In this document: piece by piece, positions 35,607 through 45,702 of the stretch
Layout: every line of letters starts with the position of its first letter
Numbering within the stretch: the first letter of the stretch is position 1
Origin: Candidatus Obscuribacteraceae bacterium
GTDB taxonomy: Bacteria > Cyanobacteriota > Vampirovibrionia > Obscuribacterales > Obscuribacteraceae
Direction of reading: 5' to 3'
DNA: 64,000 nt
NCBI GenBank assembly: GCA_044229845.1
Contig: JBGASG010000001.1
Span: 928,001 to 992,000 of the forward strand
The notes under the pieces: model-generated
What the model saw: the letters and a program-made list of their open reading frames with translations, nothing else
The model's database searches: none
What the model was told of the DNA's origin: nothing
Translations under genes and position numbers: made by a program

Positions 35607-38060
35607 TTAACGCAGGTCGACGCCCGGTGTGGTGGCAACGGACTGGTGTTGCACCTTGGCGCGGTGCGCTGCGTACGAAAGGATAGCTTTCACCTGCGCC
35701 AGGTAGCTGGCGATGTACTGCGCACGAAACCCGCGTTGCACGAAAGCTTCGATGCGCAGCCATTCTTTGATGTTGGCTTCCAGAGCCTGCACGTGTGTGT
35801 TGACGGTCTTCAACTCTTCCTCGGATGCATTCGGACGCAGTCCGTGCAACTCGCGCTGGACGGTTTCGATTTGCGTGATCACATCATTAGTGGAGGCGCG
35901 ATCTGAAAGGATGTGTTTTTGCGGATCTTGCAAATACCGATTGACCAGCGCCGCAAAGTCGTCCATGAGCAGGCGGCTGGCTTTCAGCGGGTCTGCTTGC
36001 GGAGTGATGAGTGCGCTGCGCCGATACGGGCCCATCTTGAGCACTCTCATCTTCTTCTCGTCGAGTTGCGCGCATGCAAACATGGTGCAACCCAATGTGC
36101 CGATGGCGCGCGACGTATCCATTTGCTCGATCAACCCGGCGGTATCAAGCTGACGAATGGACAAGCCCGGGAAAACCAGCGCTTTGTCGTCGCAGGATTC
36201 GCGCACGTTGCCGGCGACAGTGGCCAGTTCGCGGGCGGTGGCGACATAGGTCATCGGGTTGAGCGTATCGACCCAACCGTTTGCCACCCAGGTCTCCCAC
36301 TCTTGATTGATGTTGCCCGTGCGCAGGCGGCGCGGGGTCGCGTACACTGCTGCCGAGATGCGAATGCCGGGTTTGATCTTACGCAGCGCTGCTGAAGTTT
36401 CTTGCACAAAGCTGTTTACCTGTGCGACCTTCCAGGCGGTCCAGATGGTGCGGGTTTCTTCATCGAGGCGATCGAGATTGAGTCCGGTTTCGCGCTCGAA
36501 GCGCATGCGACCGGTCCAGTCGTAGCCCATTTCGGTGCCCTTGCCGTTGAATGGATAACGCACGTAGTCAAACTGGAATCCGTCTACGTTGTAGTTGCTG
36601 ACGATCTCCGAGGACAGCCGGCGGATGAAATCGCGACCCTCCGGATTGGCCGGATCGATCCAGAACTCCGGTTGGTGGTTGGGCAACAGCTCGCCGTTGG
36701 AGCGTGCCAGCGCCCAGCTGAAGTCGTTGCTTGAGAGAACCGGTCCCGGGTAGTCCGCGTCTTTTCCAATAATAGGATTGTGGCGCAGGTTGCCGACGGC
36801 AAAGGTCCAGATCCAGGCGTGCAATTCAATGCCGCGCTTGTGGGCTTCGCGCACAGCGACGCCGAGCGGATCCCAGCCGACTATTTCCGGATTGGGCGTC
36901 GACACTTTGGTGGGGAAAGTGCAGAAGCCGGCGTTATTAGTCTCGAAGTAGACGGTGTTGATGCCGGCACTCTTCAATCTGTCGAAAAGGGCCGACATGC
37001 CGTCTTCATTGCGGCAGGCGACGATGGTGCCGCGGTCCAGCCAGACTGAGCGGGCCTCGACCGGACGCACCGGCATCGATTGCGCGAACGCCAGTGAAAA
37101 GTCGTGGCGAGCAAGCGCGATTTCTTCGTCGGCTTGATAGAAACGACGCTCTTTATAGTAGTCCTGGAAAGCTTTCACGTGCGCGAGAGCTGATTCGTAA
37201 TTGGCTTGAATATTCTTGAAAGGCACGGCGAGGTCGGCTTGTTTAGCTGTCTTCATCGCTTCGTCGGTGCGCTTGATCAGATAATCCAGTTCGGTCTGGA
37301 TATTTTGATATTCGGCATAGCTGATCTGCACCGCCGCCTGTTGCGTGACATTAGGCACTGCATCTTCCATCGCAAACGTCAGCAACTGTGCGTTGCTGGT
37401 GATCTCGCCCTGCATGCCGGGCATCCAGGTGAGAAACGTATTGCCGTTCATGCGCCCGATCGCGGTGCCCATCTCTTTGCCGGTGGTATCGGTCCACATG
37501 GCGGCCTGCGAACCCGGTGTCGGAGTGACGATGGCGTATATGGTGCCGACGGCGAAGTCTTGTTGCACCGGCAACGGAGTGCGCTGCCAGTTGAGTTGTT
37601 TGGTCTCCTGCATCGACGTGTGCCCGGTTATCTGAATGCCGGTCAAGCCGATCAAAGGCAGAACCGCGGCACTGGGGGTGCCACCACTGTCGGTGATGAG
37701 CAATTTGCCGCCGTTGGCGACGAAACCCTTCAGTGACTCTACCGCCGCCGGTTGAAGGTCGAGCAGCATCGGCAAAATAATGATCTTGTAGCCGGCCAGT
37801 TTGCTGGCGCCGCCCGTCATGTCGCCGTCTTGAAGCAGGTCGTAGCGGACGTTGGCGGTCTCCATCGTGCGTTTGAAAGACGCATAGTCATCTTCGAATT
37901 GACCGAGGTGCTGGTCCGAATAGGCTTGCTCGTTGGTGTCGCTCTTCAGCACCGCCAGTGGTGACGCCGCCAGAACCGGTTGAAACAGGCTCAATAACAA
38001 GGTGGCGACTGCGAAGACCAGGGAAAGAACGAATCTCGACGATAGACGGAGTACTCTCAC
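35607..38060 (-). CDS. Exported glycosyl hydrolase-like 10 (GHL10/DUF187) protein
   Basis: Signal peptide; EARSVWLDR, GINTVYFET, DPL...EAHKRGIELHAW, DPANPE and DGFQFDYVRYP motifs. Confidence 0.88.
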   Translation of the reverse strand: MRVLRLSSRFVLSLVFAVATLLLSLFQPVLAASPLAVLKSDTNEQAYSDQHLGQFEDDYASFKRTMETANVRYDLLQDGDMTGGASKLAGYKIIILPMLLDLQPAAVESLKGFVANGGKLLITDSGGTPSAAVLPLIGLTGIQITGHTSMQETKQLNWQRTPLPVQQDFAVGTIYAIVTPTPGSQAAMWTDTTGKEMGTAIGRMNGNTFLTWMPGMQGEITSNAQLLTFAMEDAVPNVTQQAAVQISYAEYQNIQTELDYLIKRTDEAMKTAKQADLAVPFKNIQANYESALAHVKAFQDYYKERRFYQADEEIALARHDFSLAFAQSMPVRPVEARSVWLDRGTIVACRNEDGMSALFDRLKSAGINTVYFETNNAGFCTFPTKVSTPNPEIVGWDPLGVAVREAHKRGIELHAWIWTFAVGNLRHNPIIGKDADYPGPVLSSNDFSWALARSNGELLPNHQPEFWIDPANPEGRDFIRRLSSEIVSNYNVDGFQFDYVRYPFNGKGTEMGYDWTGRMRFERETGLNLDRLDEETRTIWTAWKVAQVNSFVQETSAALRKIKPGIRISAAVYATPRRLRTGNINQEWETWVANGWVDTLNPMTYVATARELATVAGNVRESCDDKALVFPGLSIRQLDTAGLIEQMDTSRAIGTLGCTMFACAQLDEKKMRVLKMGPYRRSALITPQADPLKASRLLMDDFAALVNRYLQDPQKHILSDRASTNDVITQIETVQRELHGLRPNASEEELKTVNTHVQALEANIKEWLRIEAFVQRGFRAQYIASYLAQVKAILSYAAHRAKVQHQSVATTPGVDLR

Positions 38061-38106
38061 CGGATGGATGCCTCAGCTCAATTGATGTGTAAGTTAGTGG
38101 GTTTCT

Positions 38107-38637
38107 TCAAGAAAACCGATTGGTCTGTTTAACCAGCTTATCGAGCTGGCGTTTAGTGTCGCGCTTGGTAATAGCTTCGCGCTTGTCATACTGTTGCTTA
38201 CCGCGCGCCAGCGCCAAATCAACTTTAACCCAATTTCGCTTGAAGTAGAGCTTCAGAGGAATGAGCGTTAAACCCTTCTCTTTAACCTGCTGATGCAGGC
38301 GCAGTATCTGTTTTGCGTGCACGAGCAGGCGCCGTTTGCGCATCGGCTCGTGATTAAATCTGTTGCCGTGATCATAAGGGGATATGTGGCAGTTATACAG
38401 CCAGAGTTCGCCGTCTTCGACGCGAGCGAACGCATCCTGCAAATTAGCTTTGCCGCCGCGCATTGATTTCACTTCGGTGCCTACGAGCTCTATGCCTGTC
38501 TCCACGGTTTCGATGATCTCGTAATCATGGCGCGCGCGGCGGTTGTCCGCGACCACGCGAATCTTGGGCGGCTCAGCTTTGGGCTTGTCCGACGGAGCTG
38601 GCTTGGTTGGGTGTGTAGGTTTCGCTGACTTAGCCAT
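38107..38637 (-). CDS. smpB: SsrA-binding protein SmpB
   Basis: NRRARHDY, GIELVGTEVKS, RKRRLL and GKQQYDKRE motifs. Confidence 0.96.
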   Translation of the reverse strand: MAKSAKPTHPTKPAPSDKPKAEPPKIRVVADNRRARHDYEIIETVETGIELVGTEVKSMRGGKANLQDAFARVEDGELWLYNCHISPYDHGNRFNHEPMRKRRLLVHAKQILRLHQQVKEKGLTLIPLKLYFKRNWVKVDLALARGKQQYDKREAITKRDTKRQLDKLVKQTNRFS

Positions 38638-38802
38638 GATGTTGATAAGGAGAAACGCCGATGACGGACCGTCTCAGGAAACGGGCTTCCAACAGGCTTT
38701 GCGGCGCGCAAGTCCGGTCTGAATGTCGATGTTACAATATATAGTGCCGGCCACGCCAGTGCTGAGCCTGGATATCGAAACAGACAGGCACCGACAGTTG
38801 CA

Positions 38803-39885
38803 ATGATAAAAATCAGTCCCCTGCTCGCTTCCGACTATGCGCAGACATGCGCACTGCTCGGCATGCAGGAATGTTCGAGCATCGACAACGCACTGATCAC
38901 CGGCACCGACGTGATGATGGGCGGGCTGGCGTTCTGGCAGCACTGGCTGCCTTGCCAGTATCACCTGTCGCAGTCGATTTATGTCGCTCGCGAAGACGGC
39001 GTGGTGCTGGGTTTCATCGTCTTGAGCGCTGCCAGCAAGAGCAAGCAATGCTGGAAGGTGGAAAACCTGGTGGTGCACCCTGAGCACCGCGGACGGGGAC
39101 TCGCGCAAGAATTGCTGCGCTATGTATTCGCTCAATTCGGCTCGCAGGGCGTCGCTCATTTTATTGCTGAGGTTTCCTGCAGCAACGATGCTGCTCTCAG
39201 TCTCTTTGCGCACTGCGGCTTCTGCCGGTCAACGCGCATGACCTACTACCAGATCGACCGTAAAGACGCGCAAGTCCGGGAAGTGGAAAGCGAGTTTAGG
39301 CTGGCTTCCTATGCGTCCAAGCACGGACTTTTTCAATTGCACCAGGACGTGTTGCCGCCCGACCTGCGTCTGGTGTTCGAGCGCGTCCCCGATGATTACA
39401 GGGTCGGTGAGAAACTGGCATTTACCTCCGTGGAGCGCAAACGCAATAAGTTCATGCGCAAGCGGGTCTGGTACTGGGTTTCGCAAGATCCGGAAAGGCG
39501 TGTTCTGTCCAGTGCGGTCAAAGTGATGGCCGAACCGGACGTCGGCTACCGGTTGGAATTCGCTGTCCACCCCGGCTGGAAGCACCTGGCCGCCGACCTG
39601 GTCAACTTTGCCGTCACTCAGTTGCAAAAGCCTGAGTATCCCGACTTGCCGATTTGGGTGAAGGTCTGCGATTTCGAGCCGGAGGTGGATGAGGCTGTGC
39701 AGGCGGTCGGATTCGAGCGCACCGGCGAATTTTTCCTGCTCTCGCGCGAACACTGGACACGTGCCAAACATCCGCGCGTGCGGCGTGTGGAGGGCGTGCT
39801 GCCCAATATCGCCAACCCGGCTATCAACTTTCCGCTGGCGACAGAACGCGTCAAGTGGCATCCAAACCCGGAAGACTTCAACTGA
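38803..39885 (+). CDS. GNAT-family N-acetyltransferase (tandem GNAT-like)
   Basis: LVVHPEHRGRGLAQELL acetyl-CoA motif and NDAALSLF...GF. Confidence 0.85.
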   Translation: MIKISPLLASDYAQTCALLGMQECSSIDNALITGTDVMMGGLAFWQHWLPCQYHLSQSIYVAREDGVVLGFIVLSAASKSKQCWKVENLVVHPEHRGRGLAQELLRYVFAQFGSQGVAHFIAEVSCSNDAALSLFAHCGFCRSTRMTYYQIDRKDAQVREVESEFRLASYASKHGLFQLHQDVLPPDLRLVFERVPDDYRVGEKLAFTSVERKRNKFMRKRVWYWVSQDPERRVLSSAVKVMAEPDVGYRLEFAVHPGWKHLAADLVNFAVTQLQKPEYPDLPIWVKVCDFEPEVDEAVQAVGFERTGEFFLLSREHWTRAKHPRVRRVEGVLPNIANPAINFPLATERVKWHPNPEDFN

Positions 39886-39961
39886 GCCATAATTAAGCCA
39901 CGCTCAGGAAGCCGATTTCTTCTAAATATTTCGTGTGTATTGCAGCGGGGACGCCCAAAAT

Positions 39962-39991
39962 TTGACACACTGTGACGCGAATCGATAGAAT
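39962..39991 (+). promoter_or_regulatory. sigma70 promoter of the str operon
   Basis: TTGACA (39962-39967), 18-bp spacer, TAGAAT (39986-39991), upstream of rpsL. Confidence 0.75.
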
Positions 39992-40036
39992 TTCCATTCG
40001 CTTTATATAGTCCAATTTGTCATTAGGAGCCTGTTG

Positions 40037-40429
40037 GTGCCTACTATCAACCAGTTGATCCGCTACGAGCGGCAAAAAGTGACGGAGAAAACCAAATCTC
40101 CGGCGCTCAAAAGCTGCCCTCAGCGCCGCGGCGTTTGCACGCAAGTGAAAACCACAACGCCGAAGAAACCAAACTCCGCACTGCGCAAAATCGCTCGTGT
40201 GCGTTTGACCAACGGCGTTGAAATCACAGCTTACATTCCTGGCGTCGGCCATAACTTGCAAGAGCACTCCGTGGTTCTCGTAAGAGGCGGTCGGGTCAAG
40301 GATCTCCCCGGTGTTCGTTATCACATCGTCCGCGGTGCCCTCGATACCGCAGGCGTCAAAGACCGCATGCAGAGCCGCTCCAAATACGGCGCCAAGCGCC
40401 CGAAAGCTGCTGCTGCCAAAAAATCATAA
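40037..40429 (+). CDS. rpsL: 30S ribosomal protein S12
   Basis: [23 protein letters not shown] and [11 protein letters not shown] motifs; GTG start after AGGAG. Confidence 0.99.
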   Translation: MPTINQLIRYERQKVTEKTKSPALKSCPQRRGVCTQVKTTTPKKPNSALRKIARVRLTNGVEITAYIPGVGHNLQEHSVVLVRGGRVKDLPGVRYHIVRGALDTAGVKDRMQSRSKYGAKRPKAAAAKKS

Positions 40430-40517
40430 ACAACAACCAACATTGTTGACGTAAGACTCTCGAACGCACTCATCTAAATCTGAAGTCGCGTTCTCACTCT
40501 ATAAAGAGGTCTGTCCA

Positions 40518-40988
40518 ATGCCTAGAAGAGCAGTTATTGCTAAACGGGTTCCCCCGCCCGATCCGACTTTCCAGAGCCAGCTCGTTCAGCGTTTCGTGCA
40601 TCGTATGATGCAGCGCGGCAAGAAGAGCACCGCTCAACGTCTGTTCTACGATGCGCTCAGTCTGGTGAAAGAACGCACCAAGCAAGAGCCCATGGACGTA
40701 TTCAACAAGGCAGTCAAGAACGTAACGCCCCTGGTTGAAGTGAAGGCTCGCCGTGTCGGCGGTTCTACCTATCAAGTACCGATCGAAGTGAAAACCAGCC
40801 GTGGTGTGGCTCTGGCGACCGCCTGGATCATCACCAACAGCCGCAAGCGCGGCGGTCGCAGTTTCGCCGAGCGCCTCTCCGCCGAACTTATCGATGCCTC
40901 CAACGGCGCCGGTGCCTCGGTGCGTAAGCGCGACGAAACGCACAAAATGGCCGAAGCCAACAAGGCTTTTGCACATTACCGCTATTAA
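40518..40988 (+). CDS. rpsG: 30S ribosomal protein S7
   Basis: [21 protein letters not shown] and [12 protein letters not shown] motifs. Confidence 0.99.
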   Translation: MPRRAVIAKRVPPPDPTFQSQLVQRFVHRMMQRGKKSTAQRLFYDALSLVKERTKQEPMDVFNKAVKNVTPLVEVKARRVGGSTYQVPIEVKTSRGVALATAWIITNSRKRGGRSFAERLSAELIDASNGAGASVRKRDETHKMAEANKAFAHYRY

Positions 40989-41019
40989 TTGGTAGAGTCT
41001 TCAAGTGGAATTGTGACTT

Positions 41020-41158
41020 CGGATTGTAATCCGGCGGTCCAACCTCCCTTGTGATCAAATTGATGCCCCGGATACTACTTGGATCCGTTGAAAGAGCCAT
41101 CAGTACCTCGCTGACGACCCTTTCGATTTTTGGGGCAGCCACCGGCTTTGTAAACCGG
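41020..41158 (-). ncRNA. Candidate structured RNA in the rpsG-fusA spacer
   Basis: Four hairpins plus an enclosing TGCCCC/GGGGCA helix; G-U pairs favour the minus strand. No family recognised. Confidence 0.4.
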
Positions 41159-41441
41159 GAACCAATTTGGCTTCACAACATTCTTAAGGAATTGTCAAGC
41201 CAGCGCCCTGGTTTGAGTTTTGAGGTTCTAATTAGGTTTAGCCGCCGACGCGTAAGCGCCACGCATTTCATTGTGGATTCTGGTGGCCCAAGAGATTGTC
41301 GATTCCGGCAATTTTCGTGACGGTGTCCCTAATCTGGAACTTAAAACAATGAATTCGTCCGTACAATTGTTGGAAAAGTCGGTGAGCGCAGAGGCTACAG
41401 CACTGACTAGTGAAAAGGAAACCCCAAGGAAGGCAACTAAG

Positions 41442-43565
41442 GTGTCTGAGAATAACGGCAGCAGCAACGAACTAAGCGAATTGCGCAATATGGGTATTGC
41501 GGCGCACATCGACGCCGGCAAAACGACCACCACCGAGCGCATTCTCTTTTACTCCGGTCTCATCCACCGGGTCGGTGAAGTGCACGAAGGCACCACCGTC
41601 ACCGACTGGATGGAACAGGAAAAAGAGCGCGGTATCACAATTACCGCTGCCGCCATCACCAGCTTCTGGAAGGGCAAGCGTATCAACTTGATCGATACGC
41701 CCGGACACGTCGACTTCACCGTCGAAGTAGAGCGCTCCATGCGCGTACTCGATGGCGTCGTCATCGTGCTGTGCGCCGTCGCCGGCGTGCAACCACAAAC
41801 CAACACCGTATGGAAACAAGCCAACCGCTACGAAGTGCCGCGCATGGTCTTCATCAACAAGATGGACCGTCAGGGCGCCGACTTCTTCCGCGTGCTCAAG
41901 CAAATCAAAGAACAACTTCCCGGATTGCACTCCACCTGGACCAACGCCCATGCGTTGCAATTCCCGATTGGTGCCGAAGTCGATTTCAAAGGATTCGTCG
42001 ATGTCCTGACGGGCAAAGCCTATCTTTATGATGAAGAAGACAAACTCGGTCGCAACCTGATCGAAACTGAAGTGCCCGCCGATCTCAAAGACCTTCTGGA
42101 AGAATCGAAGCACAGCTTGCATGAAGCAATCGTCGAAACCGACGATGAGCTGATGACCAAGTACCTCGAAGGCGAAACCATCCCTGAAGAAGACCTGAAG
42201 AAGGCTCTTCGCCAGGCCGTCATCGAAAACCGTATCGTTCCGGTGCTCTGCGGCTCCGCCTTCAAGAACAAGGGCGTGCAACCACTGCTCGATGCCATCA
42301 TCGACTTGCTGCCGTCACCGGTTGATGTTCATGCCGTCAAAGGCTGGACTCCGGATGGTACCGAAGTCGAGCGTAAGTGCGATGAAAACGAGCCGTTCGC
42401 GGCCCTCGCTTTCAAAGTCATGAACGATCCGTTTGTCGGCAAACTGACCTTCTTGCGTGTGTACAGCGGCAAGCTGTCCACCGGTTCTTATGTCCTCAAT
42501 TCGATCAAAGGCAAGAAAGAGCGCATCAGCCGCTTGATTCGCTTGCAAGCCGACGACCGGACCGATGTTCAAGAAGCGAAAGCCGGAGACATCGTAGCTG
42601 CTGTTGGTTTGAAAGACACCACCACCGGTGACACGCTCTGCCTGGAGAAAGACCCGATCATTCTGGAATCCATGAAGTTTCCGGAGCCGGTCATCTCGGT
42701 CGCTATCGAACCGAAGACCAAACAAGACTCCGACAAACTCGGCATGTCTCTGGCCAAACTGGCTGAGGAAGATCCGACCTTCAAAGTGCGTGTCGATCAC
42801 GAAACCGGTCAAACGGTTATCGCCGGCATGGGCGAATTGCACCTGGAAATTATTGTCGACCGCCTGCTTCGCGAATTCAAAGTGGAAGCCAACGTCGGCA
42901 AACCGCAAGTTGCTTACCGCGAAACCATTCGCGGCAAAGTCAAACAGCAAGGCAAGTTCGTCCGTCAGTCGGGCGGTCGCGGTCAGTACGGCGATGTCAC
43001 CATCGAAATGGAACCGCTGGAAGCCGGCGCCGGATTCGAATTCGTCAACAAGATTGTTGGCGGCGTGATTCCGAAGGAATACATTCCTGGTATCGAAGTT
43101 GGGATTAAAGAAGCCATGGCTGGTGGCGTGCTTGCCGGATATCCGGTCATCGACATGCGTTGCACGCTGGTCTTCGGTTCGTACCACGAAGTGGACTCGT
43201 CCGAAATGGCCTTCCGCATCGCCGGCTCGATGGCCTTCAAAGAAGGTTTCGTTAAAGCCAAACCGGTGCTCCTCGAACCGATCATGAAGGTCGAAGTGGA
43301 AGTTCCGGAAGAGTACATGGGCGACGTTATCGGCGACCTCTCCAGCCGCCGTGGCACCGTCCAGGGCATGGAAACCATCGACAAACTGTCGAAGGTCCGC
43401 GCCATGGTTCCGCTGTCCGAGATGTTCGGTTATGCAACCGACATCCGCAACAAGACCCGTGGTCAAGGCACGTTCGTGATGGAGTTCGACCATTACGCCG
43501 AAGTGCCGCATGCCATCGCCGAAGCGGTGATCACCGGACACAAAGTCCCGACCGCCCACAAGTAA
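41442..43565 (+). CDS. fusA: Elongation factor G
   Basis: [41 protein letters not shown] and HEVDSSE motifs. Start placed at GTG 41442 after AAGGAAGG; ATG 41349 is an alternative. Confidence 0.98.
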   Translation: MSENNGSSNELSELRNMGIAAHIDAGKTTTTERILFYSGLIHRVGEVHEGTTVTDWMEQEKERGITITAAAITSFWKGKRINLIDTPGHVDFTVEVERSMRVLDGVVIVLCAVAGVQPQTNTVWKQANRYEVPRMVFINKMDRQGADFFRVLKQIKEQLPGLHSTWTNAHALQFPIGAEVDFKGFVDVLTGKAYLYDEEDKLGRNLIETEVPADLKDLLEESKHSLHEAIVETDDELMTKYLEGETIPEEDLKKALRQAVIENRIVPVLCGSAFKNKGVQPLLDAIIDLLPSPVDVHAVKGWTPDGTEVERKCDENEPFAALAFKVMNDPFVGKLTFLRVYSGKLSTGSYVLNSIKGKKERISRLIRLQADDRTDVQEAKAGDIVAAVGLKDTTTGDTLCLEKDPIILESMKFPEPVISVAIEPKTKQDSDKLGMSLAKLAEEDPTFKVRVDHETGQTVIAGMGELHLEIIVDRLLREFKVEANVGKPQVAYRETIRGKVKQQGKFVRQSGGRGQYGDVTIEMEPLEAGAGFEFVNKIVGGVIPKEYIPGIEVGIKEAMAGGVLAGYPVIDMRCTLVFGSYHEVDSSEMAFRIAGSMAFKEGFVKAKPVLLEPIMKVEVEVPEEYMGDVIGDLSSRRGTVQGMETIDKLSKVRAMVPLSEMFGYATDIRNKTRGQGTFVMEFDHYAEVPHAIAEAVITGHKVPTAHK

Positions 43566-43610
43566 TTGGGGCGCAGCGGTCAGCTCCGACAAGAGCCTGA
43601 AAGAAACACG

Positions 43611-43644
43611 GAAGGCGGTGCCTCAAGCGTCGCCTTCTTCTTTT
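43611..43644 (+). terminator. Rho-independent terminator after fusA
   Basis: GAAGGCGGTGC-ctcaa-GCGTCGCCTTC followed by TTCTTTT. Confidence 0.8.
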
Positions 43645-43756
43645 GTGATGGTCCCTGCAGCTCGTTTGGGGTTCTGGGCGGTGTTTTCGGCCTTAGGGCA
43701 AAACAACACTTCTGTTGAAAGTCAAGAGGAGGGGCTCGGTATTACACTATCTGTCC

Positions 43757-44806
43757 ATGACGTGGCGCGAACTATCTCCGGAACAACTGTGCGAACTGAA
43801 AAACGCGATCGTCGTCGACGTGCGTTCGCCTTGCGAATTCGAAGTGGAGTCGATTCCCGGTGCGATTAATGTGCCGTTGCTCGATGATGCCCAGCGGGCC
43901 GAAGTTGGCACACTCTATAAGGTGGAAGGCGAAGTGCCCGCGAGGCGATTGGCGCTGCACATGATTTCGCCTAAGATTCCCCAGATCGTCGATGCCATTC
44001 TCTCAATGCGCACGCAAGGTTCTTCGCTGGTCATTCATTGCTGGCGCGGTGGGCTGCGCAGCGAGGCGGTGGTCAGTTTCCTCACCATAGTCGGCATCGA
44101 TTGCTGGCGCCTTACCGGCGGGTACAAAGCGTGGCGGCGCATGGTGGTGCGCGATCTGGAGGGCGCGGGATTTGAACTCGATCCGGTGGTGCTGCATGGA
44201 CAGACTGGAGTCGGTAAGACTGAGTTGCTTGCGCAACTCACCGCCAGCGGTGCCCAGGTGCTTGACCTGGAAGCACTGGCGAATCATCGCGGCTCGGTGT
44301 TCGGAGGGCTGGGATTGGGCGCGCAGCCGACGCAGAAGAATTTCGAAGCGGCGCTCTGGGAGCAAGTTCGCAGGTTGGGCAATGGACCTGTGTTCATCGA
44401 AGCCGAGAGTCGCAAAGTCGGCCGATTAGCTTTGCCTGACGCAATATTGAAATGTATCAAGGAAGGACGGCGCCTTCTGGTCACCGGTTCGGTGCCTGTG
44501 CGCGCGGCGCGCATCTGGAGCGAATACGCACCGGCCTTCAACGATCAAGTGCTGGCAGAAGCGGTTGCAGCGCTGACCAAATTGAAGGAGCGCCTGGGAA
44601 CGAAACGTGTCGAAGAACTCATCGGCCTGTTTGAAGCGGGCAAGGTTCAGGACGCGATTGAGATTTTATTGGTCGACTACTATGACCCGCTGTACCAGAC
44701 CCACATCAAACGCAACGAGCCCTACGAGCTGATTGTCGACGGCGATCATCCGCAGGTTGCATGCTCCGAATTAATGCAATGGTCGCGGGCGCAGCTGATT
44801 CGCTGA
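43757..44806 (+). CDS. mnmH: tRNA 2-selenouridine synthase
   Basis: Rhodanese DVRSPCEF and HCWRGGLRS; P-loop GQTGVGKT; DLEALANHRGSVFG, EAESRKVG and YYDP motifs. Confidence 0.92.
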   Translation: MTWRELSPEQLCELKNAIVVDVRSPCEFEVESIPGAINVPLLDDAQRAEVGTLYKVEGEVPARRLALHMISPKIPQIVDAILSMRTQGSSLVIHCWRGGLRSEAVVSFLTIVGIDCWRLTGGYKAWRRMVVRDLEGAGFELDPVVLHGQTGVGKTELLAQLTASGAQVLDLEALANHRGSVFGGLGLGAQPTQKNFEAALWEQVRRLGNGPVFIEAESRKVGRLALPDAILKCIKEGRRLLVTGSVPVRAARIWSEYAPAFNDQVLAEAVAALTKLKERLGTKRVEELIGLFEAGKVQDAIEILLVDYYDPLYQTHIKRNEPYELIVDGDHPQVACSELMQWSRAQLIR

Positions 44807-44820
44807 GTGACGAACGTTTT

Positions 44821-45288
44821 CTAAATACTTGTGGCACCGCCGGTGGTGGTGGGATCGGCACGCGGCGTCAGGGGAACGCTCTTGCATAGAGGATCTTTAG
44901 TTTCCTCCACGAGTTCGTGCAGCGTTGAACCGGCGAAGGCGGCTTCCACTGTCGCGGTGGCATCGGAGATGCGTTTGTGCAGACCGCAGAGATTGACGCC
45001 GTGTGATGGAATGCCGAGCGGGCAGGACATGATGCGCTTGATAGGATCGACTGCGTTGACGATATCAAGGATGCTGATTTCCTGCGGCGCTCTGGCGAGG
45101 ACGAAGCCACCACCGATTCCGCGCTGTGAAATGACTAGCTTGCCCTTGCCGAGTTGCTGCATGATTTTGCTCAGATAGCCGGGCGGCACCTTCGTTCCTT
45201 CCGCAATCTGCTGTCCGGTGCACGCGCTGCCCCGCATGGACAGAAAAACCATGGCTCGCAAAGCATACTCAGCGGTTTGGGATATCAT
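44821..45288 (-). CDS. Rrf2-family transcriptional regulator
   Basis: SQTAEYALRA, YLSKI, SQRGIGGGF.LAR and CPLG...H...LC.LH motifs. Confidence 0.92.
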   Translation of the reverse strand: MISQTAEYALRAMVFLSMRGSACTGQQIAEGTKVPPGYLSKIMQQLGKGKLVISQRGIGGGFVLARAPQEISILDIVNAVDPIKRIMSCPLGIPSHGVNLCGLHKRISDATATVEAAFAGSTLHELVEETKDPLCKSVPLTPRADPTTTGGATSI

Positions 45289-45312
45289 CGACAATCCTTA
45301 TTTATATACTAA

Positions 45313-45399
45313 TGGACCTTAATATTCAGAATACCACAAATTGGGCGTTTCAGGTCTTGGCGCCGGGGTGGAAAGTGTTAGTATGGATATAAAGGTCCG
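45313..45399. promoter_or_regulatory. Pair of putative Rrf2 operators in the divergent promoter
   Basis: The reverse complement of 45313-45328 (TGAATATTAAGGTCCA) matches 45384-45399 (TGGATATAAAGGTCCG) at 13/16 positions. Confidence 0.55.
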
Positions 45400-45468
45400 G
45401 TTATCCAATAGGCGAAGACGAATCAACCAAACGACGAGATGACGGGGACCAGAAGGGCGGTGAGAACG

Positions 45469-45681
45469 ATGTTAATCACGACACAAACGACAGTTCAAGA
45501 AATCCTCGATGCTCATCCAGGCGCTACTGAAGTTTTCCTGCAACACGACGTTGATGTTCCGGCGCAATGCGACGAATGCATTCTCGACACTCCGCTCGAG
45601 ATGTGCGACAGCATGTGTCATGTCGATGATCTTGACGCATTGATTGGCGATCTGCAAAAGTACGTCGACGCTCAAGGCTAG
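45469..45681 (+). CDS. Small Cys-rich DUF1858/ScdA-N-like protein
   Basis: TTVQEILDAHP..TEVF...CDEC...LEMC...H..DLDALI pattern. Confidence 0.65.
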   Translation: MLITTQTTVQEILDAHPGATEVFLQHDVDVPAQCDECILDTPLEMCDSMCHVDDLDALIGDLQKYVDAQG

Positions 45682-45702
45682 CGCGTTCACGAGGGCAAAA
45701 AC

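Noticed and set aside
40989..41270. 6S RNA, tmRNA, SRP RNA or a known riboswitch in the rpsG-fusA spacer
   Set aside because: There is no long rod-like closing stem, no tRNA-like ends and no SRP GGAA/GCAG motif that I can recognise. A minus-strand TTGACA at 41193-41198 has no good -10 box. Left as an unassigned candidate.
41051..41320. 89-aa and 84-aa ORFs in the rpsG-fusA spacer
   Set aside because: No convincing RBS or recognisable motif; they overlap the structured region or rpsG.
42315..43592. Long antisense ORFs (425 aa opposite fusA, 406 aa opposite icd, 354 aa opposite rsmB and similar)
   Set aside because: These are typical shadow ORFs caused by GC-rich codon bias opposite well-supported genes.
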